The notes: generated from the sequence alone by a model not told the origin. 64,000 bases of DNA from Candidatus Cloacimonadales bacterium (GCA_963663475.2 CAXXJV010000001.1:1376001-1440000), one strand, 5' to 3'. Positions 9,735-19,031 are shown, counted from the first letter of the stretch. Translations and numbers: made by a program.

Positions 9735-10373
9735 ATGTGGGTAAAAGTAGCTGATAGAGAAGAAATTGCTAAGTTTGAGATTACGCCTCAAGCTAACAAA
9801 GTTACTAGTCTAATTGGTGAAACACCAGATAGTTTTATGGCCTCTGAAGATGATTTAGGCCTTATGCTTCTTTGCAAAGTTCCTCTTAAAATTTCCTCTT
9901 TGGATATCCAATTAGAAGATGATGCTGAAATTAACCTAGAGTGTTGGCAATATGAGGGACAGAACTCTCATTTAATCTTTTCTAAATCAGGCTTTACTGG
10001 TATTCTAGGTCTTAATACTATTCCTTGTGATATTATGCTTAGTCCTGGTAAATACTTTCTAAGAGTGATTAGTAGAGGTATCTTGCTTAAAAATACTACA
10101 AAAATCTCTACAAGTCATCACTTCCTGTCAGTTGTTGGAGGCTCAAGCGTAACAAATGACCTTATTCCTGATTATCAAGAACTTTTAAATCCTACTGTTT
10201 GGTTTGGTATTTATAATATCCAAATACAAGTAGCAAATAAATCCTTATATCTAGGTATAACTGATGATCTTCTAAATAATGATGATCTCATACTAGGAGC
10301 TTTTTATCACTGTATTAAAAGTGGCTCATTAACTATGTATGTCTTTGACGGTACTCAACAATATTCAAAATAA
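9735..10373 (+). CDS. Putative tail fibre tip / receptor-binding protein
   Basis: 212 aa, coupled to the fibre gene. Confidence 0.4.
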   Translation: MWVKVADREEIAKFEITPQANKVTSLIGETPDSFMASEDDLGLMLLCKVPLKISSLDIQLEDDAEINLECWQYEGQNSHLIFSKSGFTGILGLNTIPCDIMLSPGKYFLRVISRGILLKNTTKISTSHHFLSVVGGSSVTNDLIPDYQELLNPTVWFGIYNIQIQVANKSLYLGITDDLLNNDDLILGAFYHCIKSGSLTMYVFDGTQQYSK

Positions 10374-10416
10374 CTGGGAATGTGGGCATCCTTGCCCGCA
10401 TCTTAAAGGAGAAATA

Positions 10417-10755
10417 ATGCAATATAAAACAAATATCAAGACTCTTAAAAGAGTATATGCAATTGCTAAAGAAGTAGGATTGGAAAACATTATCATGGGT
10501 TCCAATGAAGAAAAAGAAGTGAAATTTGACCTTAAAACCATCTTAAACGGTGTTTTCGAAAAGGGTTTAATCAACGAATTCTGTCAAACTGTTACAGGAG
10601 AGACTAAAGACTTCGAAGAAGTAAGCTTAACTGAAGTGGAGAGTGTCATACTGGGTTTTTTCGATGCTATCAAAGGGGACTTGCAAGAATCAAGATTACT
10701 AAAAGCAATGATAGTAACTCAACAGAAGAATCAGATAACCCCTTCTACGACATAA
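10417..10755 (+). CDS. Tail assembly chaperone (gpG-like); -1 frameshift extends it to 10835
   Basis: AAGGAG RBS at ATG 10417; slippery G GGT TTT TTC at 10653-10662; -1 frame open to TAA 10835; precedes tape measure. Confidence 0.8.
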   Translation: MQYKTNIKTLKRVYAIAKEVGLENIIMGSNEEKEVKFDLKTILNGVFEKGLINEFCQTVTGETKDFEEVSLTEVESVILGFFDAIKGDLQESRLLKAMIVTQQKNQITPSTT

Positions 10756-10892
10756 GCTTTGTCTTATGGCAAAACAATATTAACCCGGATAACTTAGAGA
10801 TTGATGAAGCATTTCATTATTTGGAAAAGATTTAATTTACTTGTAGGGGCGTATTGCATACGCCCTTCCATTGGCGGTGTGGTTTCATTCCA

Positions 10893-11000
10893 TCACCTTA
10901 AATATTTATCTATCGGATTACTTCCATCATCTGATAAGATAAACCAAATGATAAAAGCTATAGGTACTAAAAATACTAATATCGCGATTATAAGCCACAT
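10893..11000 (-). CDS. 35-aa single-TM protein (moron-like), not in ORF track
   Basis: MWLIIAILVFLVPIAFIIWFILSDDGSNPIDKYLR*; AAAGGAG RBS at 11007-11013 on minus strand. Confidence 0.65.
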   Translation of the reverse strand: MWLIIAILVFLVPIAFIIWFILSDDGSNPIDKYLR

Positions 11001-11099
11001 GGGTAACTCCTTTCTTCTCTGTGTCCTCTGTGTCTCTGTGGTGAGTTCTTCATTCCTGACTCTTAACTCCTAACTAAATAATAACCAAGTAGGTATAAT

Positions 11100-13979
11100 A
11101 TGCAAGATTTAAAATTAATGATAAGATTTAACTTCGACGGTAAGAACGAATTAGAAAAGATTATCGATGAAGTTGCTAAGAAACATAACCTGGAAGTAAA
11201 GAGTAATCTGGGTCAAGTAAAGGTGGATGTAGATAGTATTGGTAAAGGTTTTACTAATATAACCAATAAAATAACTACTGCTGTTACTAAATTTGGTTTC
11301 TTTACTCAAGGTCTTTCTCAGGCAGGTGTAATATTAAGAATGCTGGCTGATGAAACTGTTAACTTAGGTAGAGAACAAATAAGATCTGATAAATTAGTTG
11401 AAGGTGCTGTTAAAGCTACTGGTGCGGCCGCTGGATTTACTACTGCTGAACTTAAACGCATGGCAAACCAACTTCAAGATGATACTAACTTCGGTGATGA
11501 AAAGCTTCTTGCTAAAGTTACCTCTGTTTTACTCACCTTTAAACAAGTTCAAGGTGATGTATTCCGGGAAGCTCAATCTCTTATCCTGGATATGTCAGAA
11601 GCTCTTGACCAAGACCTCCAGCAAGCATCAATCCAAGTAGGTAAAGCCTTGCAAGACCCAATTCAAGGAGTTACTGCCCTTCGCCGTGTTGGTGTTCAAC
11701 TATCTGAACAACAAGAACAGCAAATTAAAGACTTCATGGCTGTCAATAAAGTAGCTAAAGCTCAAAAAATTATCCTACAAGAACTAAATTCTCAGTTTGG
11801 AGGACAAGCTAAGAATGTCGCAGACCCTTTTATTCAGCTCAAAAACACTTTTGGAGATATTAAAGAAATTATTGGTATTGCCTTACTTCCTGGTCTTAAT
11901 GCTATTGCCTCCTCTACCAAAAATTGGCTTGAATCTCTTAAACCTGCTACTTCTGAACTAGAAAAAGTTACTGATGAATCCCAAAACCAACAAGCTGAAT
12001 TCTTTAGCTTAACCTCTGCCTATGAAACACTTCGCTTTAAACAAGGCGAAACCCTTGAATCTAGCACTGCCCTTAAAGATATTATCGATACTCTTAATTC
12101 TAAATATGGTGATTACCTAGGTAATATTGACCTGGCCACTACTAAATACCAAGACTTTAAAACTGCTGTTAGTAATGCGACTCTTGAACTACAAAAAGAG
12201 GCAATGACTAAAGCCTTTCTTGCTAAAAGACAAGATATTACTGATAAAATAACTGATGTGTCTGCTGACCTTGTTAATGATATAATGAAGAAAAGAAAAA
12301 AATTAGAGATTGCACAAAAACAACTCCAAAAAGCAATGGCAGAACAAAAAGTCGCAGAAACAAACTGGGAAGCAGACCAGGGTAATAATCCACAATTAGA
12401 AAGTGATCTAGAAGATGCAATATGGTGGACTGAACGAAAACAAAAACAATTAGAACAAGAACAAGAAGATTTTGACCAAGCTGTAGAAGATTTAAACAAT
12501 AAAGCCAAAGCTAAACTAACCGGCTTAGAATTAGAACTTAGTTTATTCGATGACTCCTCAACTTCTTTATTAAAACAACTTCTCGGTGAAGAAGAAGATG
12601 ATGATAAGGGCAAAGGTAAGGGTAAGGGAGGAAATACTGTTATTGCTAACCCAGATGAAATAGATAAACAACTACAAGCCCTTAAAGATAGCTTCAAAAC
12701 CAAACAGCAACTTCTTACTGATAACTACAATGCTCAAACAGAGCTTATCAATAAGAACGTCGCTGATGAAACAGAAAGGACTAACCTCTTAACAGCTTTA
12801 GATGAAAAATATGCTAATGATTCCAAAGCTCTTAAACACCAGGAATTTCAAGAAGAGCTTGCTATTGCTGAGAATAAGAAACAACTGGGTATTCTTACCT
12901 ACCAAGAACTTAAAACTACTGTAGATGAATACTATAACTGGGTTAAAGCTAATTATGATAAAGATTCTAAAGAATATGTCCAAGCCCTTAATATGAAACA
13001 TAATGCAGACCTTCGTTATGGCCAAGAAACTAAAAAACTTAACGATAAGCTGCTTAAAGATACTAAAGATACCTGGCAAACTGCTCTGAAAATGTTTGAC
13101 TTAGACTTAATACCTTACCAACAGCTTCAAACTGCCTACCAGAACTATAAAAACATGCTTCAATCTACTTCTGAAGATGCTGATCTAACTGAAGACCAAA
13201 TTAATAAGATTACCATAGCTGTTAAAGAACTCGATAACCAAATGGAGAAAATATCTCAAAATCAGAACTGGCTCTCTAAATGGGTTAATAACACTAACGA
13301 AGCTTTTGATGAAGTTAATGATCAGTCGTGGGGAGTTGCCGGCAATGTTGCCTCCTCCTGGGCTAATACCTTTACTAAAATACAAAAAGAAGGTATGGAC
13401 TTTAAAAAAGATATGGAAGCCATCTGGAAAGGCTTAGCATATGCTGTTATAGAAGAGATAAACAGAATGATTGCCCGTTGGCTTGTGCTTATGGCTATTA
13501 AAGGGATTGGTAAGCTTTTTGGATTGGATTCAGTCTTCGGTATAGCAGTGAATAAAGCCGAAGGTGGTTATATCTCAGGACCAGGCGGACCAAAAGACGA
13601 TGTTATCCCTGCCTGGCTATCTAACGGAGAGTTTGTAATCAATGCAGAAAAAACAGCCATTTTTAGACCTCTCTTAGAGTATCTTAACTATACTCCTATG
13701 GCTTCTCTTAAAACTAGCTTATCACTCCCTAAAGTTAATATGCCTGCTATTCCTAAAGTAGCTTACTCTTCAGGTGGATATGCTAATCACCCAGGATTTG
13801 ACCTGTCTCGAATAGAAGAAAAATTAGATAAACTTGATAAATTAGAAAAAGTAATTAATGAACTGCAAGAACTTAAGAAAAAAGACTACACTGTCCAGGT
13901 TTCTACTAAATTTAGAGGTGTAGAGTTCGCTAAAGAAGTAAATAAAGCCCAATCACAATACCAAAGGATTATGAGATGA
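11100..13979 (+). CDS. Tape measure protein
   Basis: 959 aa helical; QVGKALQDPIQGVTALRRVG; C-terminal AEGGYISGPGGPKDDVIPAWLSNGEFVI. Confidence 0.92.
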   Translation: MQDLKLMIRFNFDGKNELEKIIDEVAKKHNLEVKSNLGQVKVDVDSIGKGFTNITNKITTAVTKFGFFTQGLSQAGVILRMLADETVNLGREQIRSDKLVEGAVKATGAAAGFTTAELKRMANQLQDDTNFGDEKLLAKVTSVLLTFKQVQGDVFREAQSLILDMSEALDQDLQQASIQVGKALQDPIQGVTALRRVGVQLSEQQEQQIKDFMAVNKVAKAQKIILQELNSQFGGQAKNVADPFIQLKNTFGDIKEIIGIALLPGLNAIASSTKNWLESLKPATSELEKVTDESQNQQAEFFSLTSAYETLRFKQGETLESSTALKDIIDTLNSKYGDYLGNIDLATTKYQDFKTAVSNATLELQKEAMTKAFLAKRQDITDKITDVSADLVNDIMKKRKKLEIAQKQLQKAMAEQKVAETNWEADQGNNPQLESDLEDAIWWTERKQKQLEQEQEDFDQAVEDLNNKAKAKLTGLELELSLFDDSSTSLLKQLLGEEEDDDKGKGKGKGGNTVIANPDEIDKQLQALKDSFKTKQQLLTDNYNAQTELINKNVADETERTNLLTALDEKYANDSKALKHQEFQEELAIAENKKQLGILTYQELKTTVDEYYNWVKANYDKDSKEYVQALNMKHNADLRYGQETKKLNDKLLKDTKDTWQTALKMFDLDLIPYQQLQTAYQNYKNMLQSTSEDADLTEDQINKITIAVKELDNQMEKISQNQNWLSKWVNNTNEAFDEVNDQSWGVAGNVASSWANTFTKIQKEGMDFKKDMEAIWKGLAYAVIEEINRMIARWLVLMAIKGIGKLFGLDSVFGIAVNKAEGGYISGPGGPKDDVIPAWLSNGEFVINAEKTAIFRPLLEYLNYTPMASLKTSLSLPKVNMPAIPKVAYSSGGYANHPGFDLSRIEEKLDKLDKLEKVINELQELKKKDYTVQVSTKFRGVEFAKEVNKAQSQYQRIMR

Positions 13980-15043
13980 GAATAGATTTTATAGATAATA
14001 ATACCGTCGTTGCCTCTACTGATAAACTTATTGATATCGACCTATCTTACTACGATAATGTCCTGGTCTCTAAACCTGTTGCCCCTGAAGTAAGATTTAC
14101 CATAGCTTATAACCACCTCGATAACAACGACCCCTTTGTTACCTGGTGGAAAACTATCACTCAAGGCGAAATACCCGAAAATGTCTTTGCTGTTATCTAC
14201 GACGGAAATGGTTATGAAGTCGCTTCTGGAGACCTCTTTGAATACGATGAAGACCTACAAAACTTCGCTCTCGAAATCCTTATTGTGCCAGGGTTTACTC
14301 AAATTCTTGATGAAGAGAAGAATAAATCTGGAGAAATTGTTAAGCCTATTACTCATGATGCATCTCTTAACTATATAACTGGCTTACTCAGAGAAGTATT
14401 TCTTAATATGTGGAACAAATTGAATATTCCTTATTCTTGCATTTTAAATGATCCTACTCCAAACGGTGTCATCTGGATGGATTTTATTGATGTTGCTAAC
14501 ATTATTCACTACTTTTGCCAATCCAGGCTATTATCTGGTAACGCGTACTTCCTGCGGATTAATTATGTATTAAATGGGACAAAAGCTAATTCTATCAATA
14601 GTTTGGGCTTCAGCAATCTCCTAAAATTATTTTATTCTAGAAAATCAAACTCTTTCTCTTCATGGAATCCTCAGCAAACTAAACAAGTTCAAGGTTTTGT
14701 TACTGGTACTTCATATAATGAACTTGATACAGATGATTTCTCTCCTTTATATAGACTTCGTGTATATGATTATGGTGGTGATGATGAAATAGGTGATTTA
14801 GACTCTCTATACAAAGCTAAGATACAACAAAAAGTTAATTCCTTAAAAGTAAGAAAAAATTATCATATCCAAGGAAATGTAGCTTTTACATGGCTTTACC
14901 CGGGAGACTCAATAAGCCTTAATGGACAAACTTATATCATCAAAGAAATTAATTACGATCCTGTATCATTAAATACTATATCTCACATGGGTTCAAATTT
15001 AAACCTAAAATTCTTCAATGCTGTATGTGTCAAAGGTAGTTAA
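13976..15043 (+). CDS. Putative tail tip/hub protein
   Basis: Follows tape measure; C-terminal LYPGDSISLNGQTYIIKEI. Confidence 0.5.
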   Translation: MRIDFIDNNTVVASTDKLIDIDLSYYDNVLVSKPVAPEVRFTIAYNHLDNNDPFVTWWKTITQGEIPENVFAVIYDGNGYEVASGDLFEYDEDLQNFALEILIVPGFTQILDEEKNKSGEIVKPITHDASLNYITGLLREVFLNMWNKLNIPYSCILNDPTPNGVIWMDFIDVANIIHYFCQSRLLSGNAYFLRINYVLNGTKANSINSLGFSNLLKLFYSRKSNSFSSWNPQQTKQVQGFVTGTSYNELDTDDFSPLYRLRVYDYGGDDEIGDLDSLYKAKIQQKVNSLKVRKNYHIQGNVAFTWLYPGDSISLNGQTYIIKEINYDPVSLNTISHMGSNLNLKFFNAVCVKGS

Positions 15044-15196
15044 ACTGCAAAATAATTTCTAAATCTTAGAACTAAACTGCAAAATAATTTCTCATTAAGT
15101 GATTTACCACTGCAAAATAATTTCTAAATCTTAGAACTAAACTGCAAAATAATTTCTCATTCACTGCAATTTAATTTCAAAGTGCATAATTAAACA
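15041..15196. repeat. Array of ACTGCAAwwTAATTTC repeats, putative transposase-binding end
   Basis: Copies at 15044, 15076, 15109, 15141, 15163 plus a degenerate one at 15181 ending ACA; another at 65. Confidence 0.8.
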
Positions 15197-15381
15197 GTGC
15201 ATGATAATAATATACATGATTTAACAATAATATAAATAAAACGATTTATTATATAATAATTTTAATTTAAATGCTTGCAACTTATTTGTTTAAAAATATT
15301 TTATTCCATTTCAATAATTATCTTCTTGACAGCTAAAAGATATTTTACTTAAATTACATTATAAAGATTAAGGAGTTTGAA

Positions 15382-16110
15382 ATGAAAGTTTTTCTAAACA
15401 TAATACTAATACTAGTTTTACTATTATCTATTGCTTGTAGTGCCAAGGTATCAGGACGTGAAGATGCTTTACAAAAGCTACAAGAGAAAAATTATGAGAA
15501 GACAATCTACTGGATGCCTATGGCTAATCAGAAGATTCAAATGGTCTATGATGAAGATGAAAGTAACCTCATGATAGTATCTTATATCACAATTGATAAA
15601 TCTAAGTTAAATGATACTAGAGAGTTAAGTTTTATTCTTGATGAAGATACAAAGATGAAAGCTTTCACTATCAACCAGGAACCAAGACCTATAGATAGAA
15701 TACTTCAGTACGATGAAAGCAATTTCAAAGAAAATCTTGAGTATGCTTTTGTTGAGAGAATGAGATTTTTTGCAAATTTATGGAAAATAACTCTTACAGA
15801 AGAAGACCTAGCTCAAGATGAAATTAACCTAATGATAAAATATACAATTTCCAATCAATCAGAAGATGACGCTTATGCTAAGAATAAAGAAGGCTTTACA
15901 TTAAATGGTGAACTATGGTGGTATCCTTCAACTATGATTAATGGAGGTACTATTCAATTAGATTTAAGTATTAAGGATAATTATGAAGTTACTTCTTCTG
16001 GAAAATCTTTACCAGCAAAACGTGTAAGATCTTATAAATTCTATGACCATTTAGTTCAGAACCTTTTTGATAATCCGCTTTCACTTGAAGCAAAGAAAAT
16101 AAAAGATTAG
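15382..16110 (+). CDS. Hypothetical lipoprotein
   Basis: Signal peptide with LSIAC lipobox; AAGGAG RBS. Confidence 0.65.
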   Translation: MKVFLNIILILVLLLSIACSAKVSGREDALQKLQEKNYEKTIYWMPMANQKIQMVYDEDESNLMIVSYITIDKSKLNDTRELSFILDEDTKMKAFTINQEPRPIDRILQYDESNFKENLEYAFVERMRFFANLWKITLTEEDLAQDEINLMIKYTISNQSEDDAYAKNKEGFTLNGELWWYPSTMINGGTIQLDLSIKDNYEVTSSGKSLPAKRVRSYKFYDHLVQNLFDNPLSLEAKKIKD

Positions 16111-16121
16111 AAAATAATACT

Positions 16122-16712
16122 ATGAAAATGCAAGAACTTGTTAAAAAAAATAGGTCAATTAGAAGATTTGATAATTCTTATAGAATTTCAGAAAATGACT
16201 TAAACTATTTGATTGATAATGCGACAAAGGTTGCATCTGCAGCCAACTTGCAGAATATAAGATATATCTATTCAAATAGCAAAAAGACTAATGATGAAAT
16301 ATTCCGTTGTTTAAACTGGGCTGGTTATCTAGAAGATTGGCCAGGTCCAGATATTGCCCAACGTCCTAGTGCTTATATAATTATGGTTATTAAGTCTTCG
16401 ATAGAGAAGTATGCTCATTTTGATGCAGGAATTGCAGCTCAGACTATTAGCTTATCTGCTTGTGAGATGGGACTTGGTGCATGTTTAATAGCTTCAATCA
16501 ACAAACCACTACTCAGCACTGTCTTAGAATTATCTGATGAAGATTATTCAATTCTCTTATGCATAGCTTTGGGGAAAGCAGACGAAAAGGTAGTTGTTGA
16601 ATCAGCTGAAGCTGATAAAATTCAATATTGGAGAGATGATCAAGGCCTTCATCATGTGCCAAAATATGATAGACAACAAGTCACTTTAAAAAAATTTATT
16701 GAAAATGATTAG
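16122..16712 (+). CDS. Nitroreductase family protein
   Basis: NRSIRRF, SAANLQ, DAGIAAQTI..GLGAC. Confidence 0.9.
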   Translation: MKMQELVKKNRSIRRFDNSYRISENDLNYLIDNATKVASAANLQNIRYIYSNSKKTNDEIFRCLNWAGYLEDWPGPDIAQRPSAYIIMVIKSSIEKYAHFDAGIAAQTISLSACEMGLGACLIASINKPLLSTVLELSDEDYSILLCIALGKADEKVVVESAEADKIQYWRDDQGLHHVPKYDRQQVTLKKFIEND

Positions 16713-17452
16713 AATGAAATACTTTTCAAATTAATGTCTTTATGTAATGAGTGAGATAAATGGGATAACAATATTCTGTTTATCTCTTTTTTTGATTCAT
16801 CATCAATAGTAAGCTCATTAATAATGTTGCCGACATTAGGAAGTTTTTGTAAAATAGCATAGGCTTTTTGAGAAATTATCCTGGTCTTATGATTTTGGGC
16901 ACATTCTTCACAAATCAAATTATTATTATCCAGAGAGTAAAATATGGCTTCACCATAACTTCTCTTACACTCATTACACTTACTTATTTCCAAAGGAATT
17001 CCTAATATGTAATAATAACGGATTAAGAATCTCCAGAATATAGCAATATGGTTTTTCTTAAGACTTGGTATGTAATTCAGATAATTAAGCAGGAGCTTGA
17101 ATAAAGCTAAATAATCTTCTTCAAGATAGGAATCAATTTTACAGAATAGCTCACAACCAGCACTCTGATACTTTATACTTTCATAGTTATTGACATCTGC
17201 TAAAGCCGTTATTAAATGGGCTCCTTTGAGACTATATATATCATTTTGAGGAACTTTACTCAGCTCTAGATTAAGGTAATTTAAGTTAGATATAGTGCCA
17301 GTTAAGTTACTTTTTTTGTTATTTAAACCTTTTACAGAACATTGGATTACTCCCAAATCAGGTGTGATAAATTTAAAAATAGCATGACTATTCTTGTATT
17401 TAATTACTCTGAGAACAATCCCTTCACAAGTAATATTAGCCTGTTTATTCAC
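16709..17452 (-). CDS. recO: DNA repair protein RecO
   Basis: EGIVLR..YK N-terminal OB fold; CxxC..CxxC zinc finger. Confidence 0.85.
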   Translation of the reverse strand: MNKQANITCEGIVLRVIKYKNSHAIFKFITPDLGVIQCSVKGLNNKKSNLTGTISNLNYLNLELSKVPQNDIYSLKGAHLITALADVNNYESIKYQSAGCELFCKIDSYLEEDYLALFKLLLNYLNYIPSLKKNHIAIFWRFLIRYYYILGIPLEISKCNECKRSYGEAIFYSLDNNNLICEECAQNHKTRIISQKAYAILQKLPNVGNIINELTIDDESKKEINRILLSHLSHSLHKDINLKSISF

Positions 17453-18911
17453 CTTTTATTCCTAAGATTTTCATGGCTTCTCTAAAGTCTATCGGATTAA
17501 CATAAAGAGTCTTTTGATTTTTATAGGTAACATAACCAGGAGCAGAACCACGAGGTTTTCTCACAAATCTAATCTGAGTATAATCAACTGGAACATTTTC
17601 TGATTTCTTGGCTTTACTATAATAGGCTGCTAATTGGCAACATATAATTCTATATTGATCAGGAAGTTGCTTGTTGGCATAGTTTCTTAAGACAACATGA
17701 GTACCCTGAAAGACTCTAGTATGAAACCACCAGTCTCTCCCTTTAGCTACCCGACAGGTAAGCAGATCGTTCTCACTGGAAGACCTACCAATATAAATTT
17801 CCCAATTATCATCTATTTTTATTCTTCTAAACAAAATTTTGTTATCTGCTTGTCGTTTGATATGCCTTTTTTGATTTGTTTCTTCCAGTAAATGAAGATA
17901 GCTTTCTTCCTCTCGAATATCTTCTATATCAGCAGAAATATCTTTAATCTCATGTTTTGTCTTTTCGATTTGCTCTGCTATTAATTTTTGACCAACTTTA
18001 GCCTTCTTATATTTCTTAAAATAATAATTGCTATTTTCCACCGGGCTTTTATCAGTCTGTAAAGGAATAGTAATAAGTGGGAAATTTTCTACATAATAGT
18101 TAGCTAGACTAATCTGATCCATGCCTTTGTCAATTTTGCTAATTGATGCTTTGAGAAGTTCTGCATAGTGTAACCATTTATCTTCATCTTGGGCAATGAC
18201 TAACTCCTCTTCTTGTTTTTTAAGCTTCTTCTCTGCTTTTTTTAATTTCTGTTGTAAGTTACTAATTAGATTCTTTTTTAGATTAGCTATTTTCTTTGAG
18301 ATTATTTCCTGGTAGTAAAGACTCTCAAAGAGAGAGTTGATATCACTAAAACCTTGGTTTTCATTCTCCTGTATTTTTCCCTTGTTAATTGAAAGCTTAT
18401 AATGGACTTTATCCTCTTCTGGTTTGAAGTTATTAGCTGGAGGCATCCATTCCATCTTAGGAATGATTTGCCTTTGGTTATTATCTGCAAAGGAAAATTT
18501 TTTTAAAGAATCTATGATTATTAGTTTTTCCTCAAGCCTCTGGCAGAGAATAATATTCTCAAAATTAGCTGCTAACTCACAAACAAGGACATAACTTTTA
18601 GTCTCATTATAAATATCAGTCTTCTCAATATTGATGAGATAGATTCTATCACTGGCCATTAGCTCAATTGACTTGATTATTCCCTTGTTCAAAACCTGAT
18701 TAAAAATGGTCAAGTTTCTATCTTCAGCCCAAGGTAGTAAGTCATTATCAGTGAAAAACATAAAGGAATTTCCCTGGTTTAAAGAAATCTGTAATCTATT
18801 TTTATTCTTAAAAAAAGTAAGTATGTATTGGTCATGGAATCGTTGCATGCTTTTAATTTCATAATCAATCAAACTTGCTCCATTCCATTCTTTAAGGTAT
18901 TTATATTTCAT
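17445..18911 (-). CDS. rqcH: NFACT / RqcH (FbpA-like) ribosome quality-control protein
   Basis: DRI motif, YFKKYKKAK, IGRSSSENDLL, WWFH..GTHVV, VDYTQIRFVRKP. Confidence 0.85.
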   Translation of the reverse strand: MKYKYLKEWNGASLIDYEIKSMQRFHDQYILTFFKNKNRLQISLNQGNSFMFFTDNDLLPWAEDRNLTIFNQVLNKGIIKSIELMASDRIYLINIEKTDIYNETKSYVLVCELAANFENIILCQRLEEKLIIIDSLKKFSFADNNQRQIIPKMEWMPPANNFKPEEDKVHYKLSINKGKIQENENQGFSDINSLFESLYYQEIISKKIANLKKNLISNLQQKLKKAEKKLKKQEEELVIAQDEDKWLHYAELLKASISKIDKGMDQISLANYYVENFPLITIPLQTDKSPVENSNYYFKKYKKAKVGQKLIAEQIEKTKHEIKDISADIEDIREEESYLHLLEETNQKRHIKRQADNKILFRRIKIDDNWEIYIGRSSSENDLLTCRVAKGRDWWFHTRVFQGTHVVLRNYANKQLPDQYRIICCQLAAYYSKAKKSENVPVDYTQIRFVRKPRGSAPGYVTYKNQKTLYVNPIDFREAMKILGIKGE

Positions 18912-19031
18912 ATCATCTCCTAGAGAAGTACTAATTATAAAGCAAAAAAAATGTCAAATTATTTCTTGACATTAAGGCAATTCATATTATAGTATAGATT
19001 AGTTAAATTAATTATAAAAAAAGGAGAGAAA

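Larger units (their letters stand above)
62..15196. mobile_element. Prophage or phage-derived structural and lysis module (left boundary may lie outside the window)
   Basis: Contiguous terminase, portal, protease, capsid, lysozyme, tail and tape-measure genes; repeat array ending in ACA at 15196; host genes resume at 15382. Confidence 0.85.

Noticed and set aside
10801-11073. 90-aa + strand ORF
   Set aside because: No RBS; spans a REP and repeats; the minus-strand 35-aa ORF with a strong RBS is better supported.
12113-13385. Antisense ORFs inside the tape measure gene
   Set aside because: Shadow frames of a long coiled-coil gene.
7822-15043. Diversity-generating retroelement acting on tail genes
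   Set aside because: No reverse transcriptase and no TR/VR pair differing at adenines was seen.
6695-15043. Contractile tail, tailocin or eCIS
   Set aside because: No sheath or baseplate wedge genes recognised, and head and packaging genes are present.
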